A DNA stretch of 64,000 bases from an uncultured Candidatus Saccharibacteria bacterium (lineage in GTDB: Bacteria; Patescibacteriota; Minisyncoccia; Phycocordibacterales; UBA12445). The DNA lies in assembly GCA_964531375.1 (NCBI GenBank), contig CAZHDO010000003.1, positions 17,983 through 81,982 of the forward strand, in the 5' to 3' direction. A model generated the notes under the pieces. The model saw only the letters and a list, made by a program, of their open reading frames with translations, was not told where the DNA came from and ran no database searches. Below are positions 28,661 through 39,300 of this stretch, one piece after another. Every line of letters begins with the position of its first letter. Position 1 is the stretch's first letter. The position numbers were made by a program, and so were the translations under genes.

Positions 28661-30160
28661 TTATTTATTATTAATCACCTCATTAAGTATCCTAAATATC
28701 TCAACCATAACAAATGTATCTTGTTTACAATATTCTTTAATCAGATATATTTTATTTGCTCGGTCTTTTGGCTCTTCTCCTTTATTAACAATATCTCCCC
28801 ACCAGACGAAACCTACATCATTACCAGTATATGGCAGATGGTCATAGGACATCTTGGGAAGTAATACGGTCATTACTGATTCTATCCCAGAACTACCTCC
28901 GAAATCTTTGTGGACATAATGCTGTTTTGAGAATACATCTCGAAGATCTTTCATTTGACGACAGATTCTGTTTAGGACTTTTTCGTATTTTGGAAGTCTA
29001 AGTCCGATCTCTTTGGTGACACCCTTCTCAAACGAAACATTCCAGGCAAGTACCGTACCCTTAGGGTCAACAATCTTTTCCAGTAGTTTTGCAACTGCTT
29101 CAGATGGGTCCGAATTCTCTTCGTGGAGATAATCTACATGGCGCAGTGGTCCGCCTTTCTGATCGATAATGTGCATTGAGAATTGAATAGGAATTCTTTG
29201 GTATGGTCTGAATCCAGAATATGCAGGTACTGCTGGGGCAAAGGTTTCGTAATCGAAGAAATAAAGAGGGTAAGTATATTCATCTAAAATATATGAGATC
29301 TCTTTCCTATCTATTATTTCTTCTTCTGTTTTGTGGGTATGAATTTGATTCTTTTGTGTCTCGGTAAAACCCTTGGTATCTGCTATCTCGTGCAAATGAT
29401 AAATACCATCTTTCACAAGCTTGGTCAGTTTTTTAGAAGTGATACGAGACAAATCGTGAATAGAATATTCCGGGAACTCCGGATGGGATATCTCGAAGGT
29501 GGCACAGTGACTTCTTCGTCCATAATAATGACAATCACATCCGACTGCCGGCTCTTTCGTTTGGTTCAGATATTCTTTAGCCTCTTCCATTTGTTTAGCA
29601 GTAGGAGCTTTCTTTGCAGAGACTTGATCGGTACTATCGTCAATTATAAAAAGCTTCTTAATATCTATCTCCCCATCACGAACATATTTATTATTTATAT
29701 GAACAATGAATTTTTTACCTATATCAATACCTGCCCGTTCCAAAACAATTACCTGAAAGGCAAGATCTGAAATATGATCTCTTGGCCCATCGTCATCTTT
29801 TTTTGAGCTCGAAGCTTTTACTTCATAGATATCCCATTTTTTAGTTTCAGAATTCCAAACAAGAAAATCACAACGGATTATATATCCATCAGCAACAAAT
29901 GTCGGCTGATAAATGGCCGGCACTTTTTGCGCCATAAGTTGCTCTATCTCTTTTGATGCCGAAAAATCATGATTCTTAACTTCAACGAAACCGGGAAATA
30001 ATCCCTTCGCATATTCCTCTACTGTATTCCCTTGATCCATTATATTCTGTTGCGACAGGGGTACTTCAAACTGTTCTAGTTCAGGTCTATTTAATCTAAA
30101 CCAAGCGTCCTTTGGACACATAAGATACTCAAGAAATCTGGATTTAGATATAAGTTTCAT
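28661..30160 (-). CDS. DUF2779-like nuclease: Cas4/RecB-type PD-(D/E)xK domain with Fe-S cysteines plus a C-terminal DEDD-like 3'-5' exonuclease region
   Basis: The N-terminus MKLISKSRFLEYLMCPKDAW is the DUF2779 hallmark. DGYIIRCDFLV...WDIYEVK gives the PD-(D/E)xK motif. CDCHYYGRRSHC together with the N-terminal Cys gives a 4-Cys cluster. FFDYETF is an Exo I-like DxE motif, and YCKQDTFVM is a Y-x4-D Exo III-like motif. Confidence 0.6.
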   Translation of the reverse strand: MKLISKSRFLEYLMCPKDAWFRLNRPELEQFEVPLSQQNIMDQGNTVEEYAKGLFPGFVEVKNHDFSASKEIEQLMAQKVPAIYQPTFVADGYIIRCDFLVWNSETKKWDIYEVKASSSKKDDDGPRDHISDLAFQVIVLERAGIDIGKKFIVHINNKYVRDGEIDIKKLFIIDDSTDQVSAKKAPTAKQMEEAKEYLNQTKEPAVGCDCHYYGRRSHCATFEISHPEFPEYSIHDLSRITSKKLTKLVKDGIYHLHEIADTKGFTETQKNQIHTHKTEEEIIDRKEISYILDEYTYPLYFFDYETFAPAVPAYSGFRPYQRIPIQFSMHIIDQKGGPLRHVDYLHEENSDPSEAVAKLLEKIVDPKGTVLAWNVSFEKGVTKEIGLRLPKYEKVLNRICRQMKDLRDVFSKQHYVHKDFGGSSGIESVMTVLLPKMSYDHLPYTGNDVGFVWWGDIVNKGEEPKDRANKIYLIKEYCKQDTFVMVEIFRILNEVINNK

Positions 30161-30163
30161 AAG

Positions 30164-31279
30164 CTATTTATCCCCATCATTTACCAACTTCGAAGTGACG
30201 GAGAGATTTTCAAGTTGTGCAATTCGTTCTTCTAATTTTTTGATTACTTCCTTGTCTTGTAAGATTATGCCCTTACTGGACAATTCTCTTACCTGCTTGT
30301 ACTTGTCATCAATTTCTTTTTCAAGCCTTTCGTTCGCCCTAAGAACTGAGTCGACCAATCTGAGTGTTAAATCATCCAAAACCTGACCATTTTCTCTTTT
30401 TGATTTATCTAACTCCTGTTTCGCTTTATCCTTTTCCGTACGATTTTTCTTTCCATCAATAAGTTTCCATTGGGCATACAGCACTACCAATCCCCCAAAA
30501 ATACCGCCGACTGCATTAGCAATAATTGGTGTATCGTTTGCTGTCCGCCATGCCGATTTCATATAATCAACAACATGGTATTTATCCCACAGATCAAATA
30601 TTATTTGTGGATCAAGATGCTGAAAAAAAGTGAGATCGATTGGTGACTTGCTTGTTATCTCACTTATGGATGTATACTTTTGTAAGTTTAAATCAAGATT
30701 TCTAGAATTTCTCATCCTAACTGTACGATATACACTTTTACTCAGGTCGTGGTAGTTACCATTTTCGTCGTACCTATCATCTCCTATTTTCGATGATTTA
30801 AATTTTGTGAGACTAATGCTGAGTTTAGATGCGTATTTAGTTCCAACCACACCTATTACACGTTCAACTTCAGGATGTTTTTTAAGAAATGGTTTAAATC
30901 TTTCTTCTATTTCACCTACATTCAGTGTTGCTTCTATCAAAACAAAAAAGATGTCGTTTTCAAACAACTCAGAAAGACCGTGTTCCTCAACCATCTTTCG
31001 ATATTCTCTTGCATGAAGATAACCTTTTTTCTTTGCGAACGATTCATTTAATTTACTAAATTTAGGTATCCCTTCACTAAGAATTTTTTCCAATAAAGTC
31101 TCCTTGTCTATCTTTATGGCAACAAAAAAGAGCAAAACATAAAATTGCATGTCTGCTTTTGTGGAATTTGCGATAGTATCTTTATAGAGAAAATTTACAA
31201 CCTCATCACGTAAATTAAGTAAGGAGAGATCTTTTAATCCCTTATCCTTTTCTTTAATTTTTACTTCTATCTTTTTCAT
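30164..31279 (-). CDS. Membrane-anchored coiled-coil protein (371 aa)
   Basis: It has a single TM helix (IIANAVGGIFGGLVVLY) followed by a long coiled-coil. Its start overlaps the Res stop (ATGA). Confidence 0.45.
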   Translation of the reverse strand: MKKIEVKIKEKDKGLKDLSLLNLRDEVVNFLYKDTIANSTKADMQFYVLLFFVAIKIDKETLLEKILSEGIPKFSKLNESFAKKKGYLHAREYRKMVEEHGLSELFENDIFFVLIEATLNVGEIEERFKPFLKKHPEVERVIGVVGTKYASKLSISLTKFKSSKIGDDRYDENGNYHDLSKSVYRTVRMRNSRNLDLNLQKYTSISEITSKSPIDLTFFQHLDPQIIFDLWDKYHVVDYMKSAWRTANDTPIIANAVGGIFGGLVVLYAQWKLIDGKKNRTEKDKAKQELDKSKRENGQVLDDLTLRLVDSVLRANERLEKEIDDKYKQVRELSSKGIILQDKEVIKKLEERIAQLENLSVTSKLVNDGDK

Positions 31280-34182
31280 ACATTCAGTAATACTGATACT
31301 GTAGAGCTAACTGTTATTTTTTCTGTTGGGACAATCACGTATCGCCACGGTTTTGCTATTCCATATTTACCAACATTCTTTGAAACTAACTCGCAATACT
31401 TATCTGCTGTTTTCTTTTTCTCTTGTATATCTAGATTGCCTATCTCCCCACTTGTTTTTACTTCAACCATTACAATTTCATTTTCAAATTCAACTATAAA
31501 ATCTGGCTCGTAGCGGTGTTGTGAATTGCCAAATTCGTCACGCCAATATAGTCCTTCAAATTGATTTGGGGCAGGTCGAAGCCAGTCTTCAACTGAACCA
31601 TCCCTGTCTAATAAATAAGCCAAACGTGCTTCGTCAGAGGAATCGAAACGATACATTGAGTGACAGGCCTTACTAAACCCCGTATAAATTCTATCTCTCG
31701 AAAAGCGATCAAATTGGGATTCTAGTGTGACAGGTTTCTCGTCAAAACTTCGGGAAATATTGTACTGTTCCAAATATGGTTTTGGTTCACGAATACCAGA
31801 CTCCAAATAGCCCTCGGACTTAAAATGTTTGTGATCCAATATTTGAGCGTATATTTCATTAGCTATTTGGCGTGTATTATTTTCTACCATCATCTTGAGG
31901 GTATTAACATCAGCCGTAAAAGATCTGTAGTATGTAGTCGCTTGTTTTGAAAGCTTGATCAACAATTCTTTCTGTTCATCGTAATCGATGAGAGGATGAT
32001 CGGAGTCAACTAAAACAGAAATGATCGTATTTTCAGGACTCTGAGCCCGACCCTCACCAAGACTCGATACGCGAGTAACTTCAGTCTCCCTACGTCCTTG
32101 ATGGGCAACACCAAATAAATCTTTTTCTTCTTTCCCCTGCAACGACTGCTCGAGTATTGAAGCTTCCGTAGCAAATCTACTTAATTTCTTTATATCCAAA
32201 TTAAAATCATCTATAACAAGCTCTCCATAGTGAGGTGTGAGCATTAACCTTGGAATAGGGATGTTACGAATCTCAATAGTTTCTTTAGAAATACGTCCGA
32301 TGCTCTCAAGCTCTTTTTTAGCAGGCTCACTTAAAATATTAAACAGTGAACTCTCTTCATATACAGTGCCACCAGTCTGCCCAACTCCTATTTTTCTTGC
32401 CTCATTCTTTGCGGTTATCTCCACAATTTCATTTACCTTATTTTGTATCGTTGCCACCTTAACATCCTCCGGGGTGTCTTCTCCTATAACAGCACTGACT
32501 GTTTTTGTCGCTTGCTCTTGGATTTCCTGCATTATCACCGGACTAGCCTTAATTTGATCCTGTATGCTTGTTACGAATGCCGACTGAACCTCAATAATTT
32601 CTTTTACTACTTTTGTATCATCAGTTGAAATACTTTCAATATTTGTTGGTTGAATAAGCTTAGAGTTGCGTGCTTCTTCAATAACTTTCGCGTAATTGTC
32701 ATGGGCAACAATCATCACACGATCTACTTTTTTGTTTCCAGTTTTTTCCCCGTATGGTAGACGGAGACCTCGGCCAATTGTTTGTTCAGTTAAAATCTGT
32801 GCAGCCGAAGATCGTATTGGTGCAATGGTATAAATATTAGAAACATCCCAACCCTCCTTAAGCATGTTCACGTGGATAACAATTTCTACAATATTATCAG
32901 GATGTTCAAGTGATATTAATTTTTCAATCGTTTCATCTGCTTCATCTCCCCTTGTTTTTGTATGAACCTCAATCACCCTTCCCTTATAGACACCGCCCCT
33001 AAAATCATCACTATCAATTAGTTTACGGAGCGCGCTGGCGTGGGCTGTATCTTTGGCTACTACAAGCATCACGGGCTTCACCTCCTGCTTATCATTTTCG
33101 AGCGCATAATCTTTTAAAGCTAACTTTGCTCGTTCGTGGAAAAAAGCGGCGAGCTGTAATTTACGAGCGTCTGTTTCTATAGATTCAGCGTCCAAATGAC
33201 TAAAATCGACATCAGCTTCCGTGCCAATCCATGGATCTTTCACATACCCATCACGAATAGCATCACCGAGATTATAGACATAGAAGATGTTTTTCTTGAG
33301 AACAAGTTCCGCACCCCTCCTTGTAGTAGTTGGGGCAAGATATGGCGTAGCGGTAAATTCAAGTCCAAATAACGGATCAATACGGTCAAGAGAACTCATT
33401 GCAGCATCGGCGTGATAGTGATGCGATTCATCCATCAACACAACCAGATCATCGAGTGACGCTAGGTGATCAAAGTAAGATAAAAGCCTCCCGTCTTCTA
33501 CTCCAAAAATTTCCGAACCTTTTGTAATACCCTTTTCCTTTTCTATATCTTTTTGTGCAAACTGCTGAATATTAAAAATATTTATTTCAATCTTATTTGC
33601 AAAGAGTTGTGCCGTTCGGCTTTGCACGTAGTTTTCTTTAATGATAATTTTTACATTTGAAGTAGTAAGTTCTTCAATCCCACGGAAAACATATTTGGGA
33701 TTATTGGCTTTGCTAAAATCATCTACCAGTTTACGGTAGATGGTATTACCCGGAGCAACAATCAAAAAATGTTGAACGCCATAAACAAGATAGAGATATG
33801 TCACAAAAGCACCCATGAGACGAGTTTTTCCCACACCAGTGGCAAGAGCGAAAGTATATGCTGGAAAGGTTCGTTCAAAAGCCTGAAATTGCTTCAATCC
33901 AGGGATTGTGTGCGTGTATTCTTTTGTCGCTTCTTCGATATCACTAACACTCCCACGGTTCCCCCTCTTCATTCTTGCTAATACTTTTTTACCAGCATCC
34001 CCCTCTAGAAAATCAGCGAAAAAATGCAAACTTTTTTCTTGCGGAGTTCGCAGGCTCATTGTGTTAGTTATATATTGTAGGGCTTGTTCTTTTTTCATAT
34101 TATTATTCATCAGAATCACTTTCTTCTTCAATTTCTTCCATTGCCCGCTCTTTAATAGGAAGTAGATACTCTTTCTTTCCAA
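31276..34182 (-). CDS. res: Type III restriction enzyme Res subunit (SF2 helicase plus C-terminal PD-(D/E)xK endonuclease)
   Basis: It has a motif I ATGVGKT, a motif II LMDESHH, and a C-terminal YEPDFIVEF...VMVEVK nuclease motif. The likely true start is the ATG at 34110 or 34098, overlapping or abutting the Mod stop. At about 940 aa it is typical of Type III Res. Confidence 0.75.
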   Translation of the reverse strand: MERKSIYFLLKSGQWKKLKKKVILMNNNMKKEQALQYITNTMSLRTPQEKSLHFFADFLEGDAGKKVLARMKRGNRGSVSDIEEATKEYTHTIPGLKQFQAFERTFPAYTFALATGVGKTRLMGAFVTYLYLVYGVQHFLIVAPGNTIYRKLVDDFSKANNPKYVFRGIEELTTSNVKIIIKENYVQSRTAQLFANKIEINIFNIQQFAQKDIEKEKGITKGSEIFGVEDGRLLSYFDHLASLDDLVVLMDESHHYHADAAMSSLDRIDPLFGLEFTATPYLAPTTTRRGAELVLKKNIFYVYNLGDAIRDGYVKDPWIGTEADVDFSHLDAESIETDARKLQLAAFFHERAKLALKDYALENDKQEVKPVMLVVAKDTAHASALRKLIDSDDFRGGVYKGRVIEVHTKTRGDEADETIEKLISLEHPDNIVEIVIHVNMLKEGWDVSNIYTIAPIRSSAAQILTEQTIGRGLRLPYGEKTGNKKVDRVMIVAHDNYAKVIEEARNSKLIQPTNIESISTDDTKVVKEIIEVQSAFVTSIQDQIKASPVIMQEIQEQATKTVSAVIGEDTPEDVKVATIQNKVNEIVEITAKNEARKIGVGQTGGTVYEESSLFNILSEPAKKELESIGRISKETIEIRNIPIPRLMLTPHYGELVIDDFNLDIKKLSRFATEASILEQSLQGKEEKDLFGVAHQGRRETEVTRVSSLGEGRAQSPENTIISVLVDSDHPLIDYDEQKELLIKLSKQATTYYRSFTADVNTLKMMVENNTRQIANEIYAQILDHKHFKSEGYLESGIREPKPYLEQYNISRSFDEKPVTLESQFDRFSRDRIYTGFSKACHSMYRFDSSDEARLAYLLDRDGSVEDWLRPAPNQFEGLYWRDEFGNSQHRYEPDFIVEFENEIVMVEVKTSGEIGNLDIQEKKKTADKYCELVSKNVGKYGIAKPWRYVIVPTEKITVSSTVSVLLNV

Positions 34183-35800
34183 ATTGGCACGCTTTCAAAA
34201 TTGACTGTGGTATTTTCTTAATAGTTATACGACCATCCACCTTTTCACATCCAGGTTCAAATTTCTTTGGACAAATAAGTAACGTCTCGTTGAAACCTAA
34301 ATGGCTCACAATCTGTTGGACCATCGCTACAGATAACATTTGTGTAGTTATATAAATACTATTGTTGCCTTGGCCCTTGCCATGTTTCCGATAATCAGAC
34401 GGACTTGGAGCGAACGTGTAGTTGGTAAGCTTACACATAGCGCGAATAAGCTTAGTGTCATTGTAATAGCTATCAATCACAGGATTACCAAATTCATCAA
34501 TTACTACAAAGCTTGGCGCCAGCTCGTAAAACTTAAATCCACCTCCTCCGTGCCAATTCACAGCTTCGCTGATTCCATTAGGATCTTCGGCGTCAACGAC
34601 TGCCTTCATTCGTTTATGCACGTGCGAATAAGCGTGATCTCCCATTTCTATCCCAATATAATTAAAATTCATTTTATGAGCTACTGCCGTTGTTGTGCCT
34701 GAGCCAAGAAACGAATCCAGAATCCAATCCTTACTAGACAAATTTGCTATTTCAAAAAAAGTCTTAATAAGCGATTCTGGTTTTTTAGAGTTTCGAAATT
34801 CAACCACACCTTCATATCCAACACGGTTGAAAGCTGCAGAAGCATCAAAAAAGGATGGATACGGAAGTTCTTTTGACGAAATTCGTGTTTGGGGTACTCC
34901 TTGAAAATAATTACCATTTTTCTTTTTAATATTTTCTGGTGAAAGAAAATATCTGTGGCCAGTTCCGTCATCTCCCATATTAGGGACCTCGTACAAAACA
35001 TTATGACCATCACTTTGAAGTCGTCCTTCAATATGAGCAACATAAAATCTACCACTACTGTTTCCTTCTCTTAACCCACCTCGAATATTAATCTTCTTAA
35101 GTCCAGTTTTATTTCCATCTGAACGGGTTAATTCATACTCACCAAATTTAAAAACATGACACTCCTTATTTCCCAGCAGAAGTTTTTCTCCGGCTCCAAT
35201 TGTTTTTACAGTCCATTCATAACCTTCATACGGATCAGCCGTGACCAACTGTTTTCTTTTTGAAATATTAAATTGATTTGTTTTTTGATAACAGTGTACA
35301 TATTCAGCGACATCGTGAATATCTTTGTCTCCCTTCAACATTCGCTCTGAGTGTCTAACTTTTATAATAAACGACGTAATAAAATTGTTTCTTTGGAAAA
35401 CTTCATCTAATAGGACTTTCAGATATGCTTGCTCTCCATTATCAATTTGTACAAAAATTACCCCATCATCCTTCAAAAGCATTCTTAACAACTCCAATCT
35501 AGGCCTCATAAGTGAGAGCCAAGTACTATGTTCCACACTGTCATCATAATGTTCAAAAGCATTACCGGTATTGTATGGGGGGTCAATATAAATGCATTTT
35601 ACTTTTCCTTCATACTCAGGAAGAAGCGCTTTTAGAGCGAGTAGATTGTCACCATGAATAATCATATTCTCCGTATCTTTGTCGCCATAGGACAAATCAG
35701 TTCGTTCTTCCAAAATGCGTGGTTCAATGTTAGCAATATCATACTCAGGATTATTCTTCCCGATCCATGTAAGCTCTAGTTTTTGTTTGTTGTTTGACAT
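34103..35800 (-). CDS. mod: Type III R-M Mod subunit (beta-class N6-adenine / N4-cytosine DNA methyltransferase)
   Basis: Motif IV IYIDPPYNTG precedes motif I LDSFLGSGTT, which is the beta-class permutation. The gene lies immediately upstream of, and is coupled to, res. Confidence 0.8.
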   Translation of the reverse strand: MSNNKQKLELTWIGKNNPEYDIANIEPRILEERTDLSYGDKDTENMIIHGDNLLALKALLPEYEGKVKCIYIDPPYNTGNAFEHYDDSVEHSTWLSLMRPRLELLRMLLKDDGVIFVQIDNGEQAYLKVLLDEVFQRNNFITSFIIKVRHSERMLKGDKDIHDVAEYVHCYQKTNQFNISKRKQLVTADPYEGYEWTVKTIGAGEKLLLGNKECHVFKFGEYELTRSDGNKTGLKKINIRGGLREGNSSGRFYVAHIEGRLQSDGHNVLYEVPNMGDDGTGHRYFLSPENIKKKNGNYFQGVPQTRISSKELPYPSFFDASAAFNRVGYEGVVEFRNSKKPESLIKTFFEIANLSSKDWILDSFLGSGTTTAVAHKMNFNYIGIEMGDHAYSHVHKRMKAVVDAEDPNGISEAVNWHGGGGFKFYELAPSFVVIDEFGNPVIDSYYNDTKLIRAMCKLTNYTFAPSPSDYRKHGKGQGNNSIYITTQMLSVAMVQQIVSHLGFNETLLICPKKFEPGCEKVDGRITIKKIPQSILKACQFGKKEYLLPIKERAMEEIEEESDSDE

Positions 35801-35808
35801 AATTATAA

Positions 35809-36387
35809 TTATTTTAGATGTGGACGAAGGAATATCTCGATTTCTTTTATAGCACCATCTACCTTTTTTGAAAACTCATCATTAACTCCAATGTTATATA
35901 TAATACTATCAGTACTATCACTAGAGCGTCCATCTAAATATAAACTTAGTCCGCTATATAGCTCTCTTACTAATGCATCTAGATTTAATTGTGCTTTCGT
36001 TGCCTCAGACCCCCATGATACTTCTGCTTCAAGTAATTCGGCTTCAAGATTTGTCCAAGCTTCTCTCACTTTATTCCATCGAACTGAATATACAGCCCTA
36101 TTCATCTTTTGATTGTCACTATATTCCTCTGCTTTAAATCCATTAACCTCAAGAGCCGACTGCATTTCGCCCAATGGAATGAAGGGGTTTCTCACAAATT
36201 TTATAGCATCTCTTAATTTTAGAGAGGCCTTTAGATACTTTCTGGCAATCTCGTAGTTTGTTTTTCCCATCATCTGCTTCCTCCACCCAACTAATCCAAA
36301 AATGGCAACCCCAGCTACAATAACAGCAGATATAGATGTTATAGAATTTGCGACAGTATTAAATATGATTTCTGTACTTGTAGACAT
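35809..36387 (-). CDS. Small membrane protein (192 aa) with an N-terminal TM helix and a helical C-terminal domain
   Basis: It has a TM segment SITSISAVIVAGVAIFGLVGW. It lies 2 nt after the SNF2 stop and 8 nt before the mod start. Confidence 0.45.
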   Translation of the reverse strand: MSTSTEIIFNTVANSITSISAVIVAGVAIFGLVGWRKQMMGKTNYEIARKYLKASLKLRDAIKFVRNPFIPLGEMQSALEVNGFKAEEYSDNQKMNRAVYSVRWNKVREAWTNLEAELLEAEVSWGSEATKAQLNLDALVRELYSGLSLYLDGRSSDSTDSIIYNIGVNDEFSKKVDGAIKEIEIFLRPHLK

Positions 36388-36389
36388 AA

Positions 36390-39300
36390 CTATATTATCT
36401 TCCAGCTTATGGTGAATAATATTTCTAACTTCGATCTTTGTTTTAACTGAGCCTCTACTTTCTTCAACAAATCCTCTTTTTTTAATTCAACCTCATCCTG
36501 TGCCTCGTATAATTTTCTACGCATTTCATTTCTTTTTTTCTCAGAATCCTTTATTTCCCGTTGAGCTTTAAGTTTATCATCAAGGTCAATAATTTTCTTA
36601 GCATTTGTCTTGGCTGCCTTAATATCAATATCAAGCTTTCTCAAATCAAGTTCGAGAGCTTTCTTTACATCTTCTGACCAATTATCCAGTTTATCCACTT
36701 CGTCATCAAAAAATTCTGCATTCCTTTGCATAATTTGTCCTGAAATTACCGAGATATTTTGATTTTCAAGCTCTTCTATTTTTTTGCGTGCCTCAGGTGA
36801 AAATATTTTTGGTGTAACCGACTGTGCAGAAAGTGAAAATAACTTTTTTATACTGTCCGATTCGATTGACTCCCCTGTTTCATTAATAGCAGACACAACG
36901 ACAGCATCTTCTGATTCAAAAGCTTCAACTGTATAATTTGAGACTTTTAACATTCCGCTTTTACCAACCAGTGGTTCTAGTACAGAAATAATTGATGAGT
37001 GATTTGAGTAATCAAAAACAATCTCTGCTTCATCAACTTGTTTGTTTTTTACTTCATTCAAAATCCTCTGTGCTAAAGAGTGTCCGGGGCGATACACGTG
37101 AGCATCTTCTACATTTTTACCGATTTTATATGGACCCTGATCGATATCCTCGTTTGGAAATGGATTGGTTTTAAGAGAAAAAGAATATTCGTGATCGGAA
37201 AAATCAGCATTATCACCCAAATAGTAACGAGTAACATCCCACAACCAGCGATTATATGTGTCCAAATAGGCTTCGCCTTCTTTTTTATTGATCTTTAATT
37301 TTTCATGCACCTCCGCATCGAAATTTTCTAAGAGCTTCTGTCGAGTGTCGGATAAGTTACTTTTTATACTCTCGTCCATTTCTTCCTGAAGTTTATCAAA
37401 GGCAATATTGATGTCTTCAGACGTTCTGCATGTTTGATAAATACCGGCTATGCGTTTTTCGAAATCGACACCGGACTCAATAGATCCTAACACTTCATCA
37501 CTCGCACCGAACACACCTTTAAACAATTTGAATTTCTGATCCAACAGTTCATATACACGCTGGTCTGCTGCGTTTTTTCTATTAACAAAGTTGATTACGA
37601 CGACATCGTGTTTCTGACCATAGCGATGACAGCGACCAATACGTTGTTCAATTCTTTGTGGATTCCACGGTAAATCATAGTTAATTACCAAAGAACAAAA
37701 TTGTAAATTAACACCCTCAGCTCCCGCCTCAGTGGCGATCATAATTTCTGCTTCATCTCTAAAATATTCAATGAGTGCCGCTCGAGTATCAGCTGTTTTT
37801 GAACCAGTTACTTTGTCAGTGTCCTTATTTCTTGCAAGCCAACTTTTATATATCTCTTTTGATTTTTCATCGTTATTTGAACCGTTAAACAAAACAATTT
37901 TATCCTTATATCCATTATTAGCGAGGAGGGTCTCAGCAAGATATCGTTGTGTGATAGTAGATTCAGTGAAAATTATAGCTTTCTTTTTAGCACCCAACTC
38001 AGCAGTCATCTCAAATCCTTTTTTTAGTGCAGTAATTAAGGCATCTCCTTTGGAGTTCGTGTATATTTTCTGCGCGAGATTACGGAATTTTTCCAGATCA
38101 GCTTTTTCCTGCTCCATGAGTACAATATCTTTCTCTGTGAGAGCTTTCTTTTCCTTCTCATCTTCATCGTCTTCGCTCTCCTCATCATCAATCCATTCAT
38201 CTGATATTTCTGGAAGAGCTTCGAAATCTTGAAGGAGCGAAATAGTACCATCATCTTGTTGTGGTATTTTTGCTTTTGTGTCCACGATCAACTGCCTGAG
38301 CTTATATACCAGCTTATCTAATGTACTAGCGATAGCGAAGGAAGACGATGCCAAAAGCTTTCTCAAGATGAGTGTCATGAGCTGACGCTGACTAAAAGGT
38401 AAAGCGTAGAGCTTTGCCCGCTGAAGATACTCGGACATACCATCATAAAGTTGAACTTCCTGTTCGGTTGGAATATAGTCTTGCGTTATTGGTTTTCGCT
38501 CTGTGTAATTGATATATTCTAGTACTTGGCGACGGAGTGTACGGATACAAACAGGTTTTAGGCGATTGCGTAAATCAACGAACATTTCCTGTTTGGGCTC
38601 AAGAAGACCAACTTCGTTTTCATATATATCTTGCTCACGGGAAACTCTTGCATAATTTGCTTTAAAACTTTTAAGATCCCCGAATACATGATCATCAATA
38701 ATACTAACAAGTCCATAAAGTTCGAGAAGGGAGTTTTGTAATGGGGTCGCAGTAAGTAAAATTTTCGGTACTTCTTCTAATGCTTTCTTTATCTCTTGCG
38801 CAATTTTATTGCTTTTTTTATATACATTGCGTAAACGATGTGCTTCATCAATAACCGCTAAATCCCATTTTGTTTGTTTTATATATGAAGATTTAGATCG
38901 AGCAAAGTGATAAGAACAAATAATTATTTTGTCTTCTTGATTAAATGGATTCAGGTTTCCGTCTTTTATATATTGATTAAAAGATTTTGCCTCAAGAATT
39001 ATCGAAGGTAAAAAGAATTTCTCCGAAAGTTCATCGTTCCATTGTTTTCGTAAGCTCGAAGGGACAATCAAAAGAATACTCCTCTTTCTCTCAGCCCATT
39101 TTTGAGAAAGAACTAACCCGGCCTCAATAGTTTTTCCAAGACCAACCTCATCAGCTAAAATTGCGCCCTTCGAAAGCGGTGAGCGAAAAGCAAAAAGGGC
39201 CGCCTCAATTTGGTGTGGGTTTAGGTCTACTTGAGCATTAGATAGTGTAGAAGAAAGTTTTTCCAAACTATTGGAAGAACATCGTTTTGTCAGCTCATAA

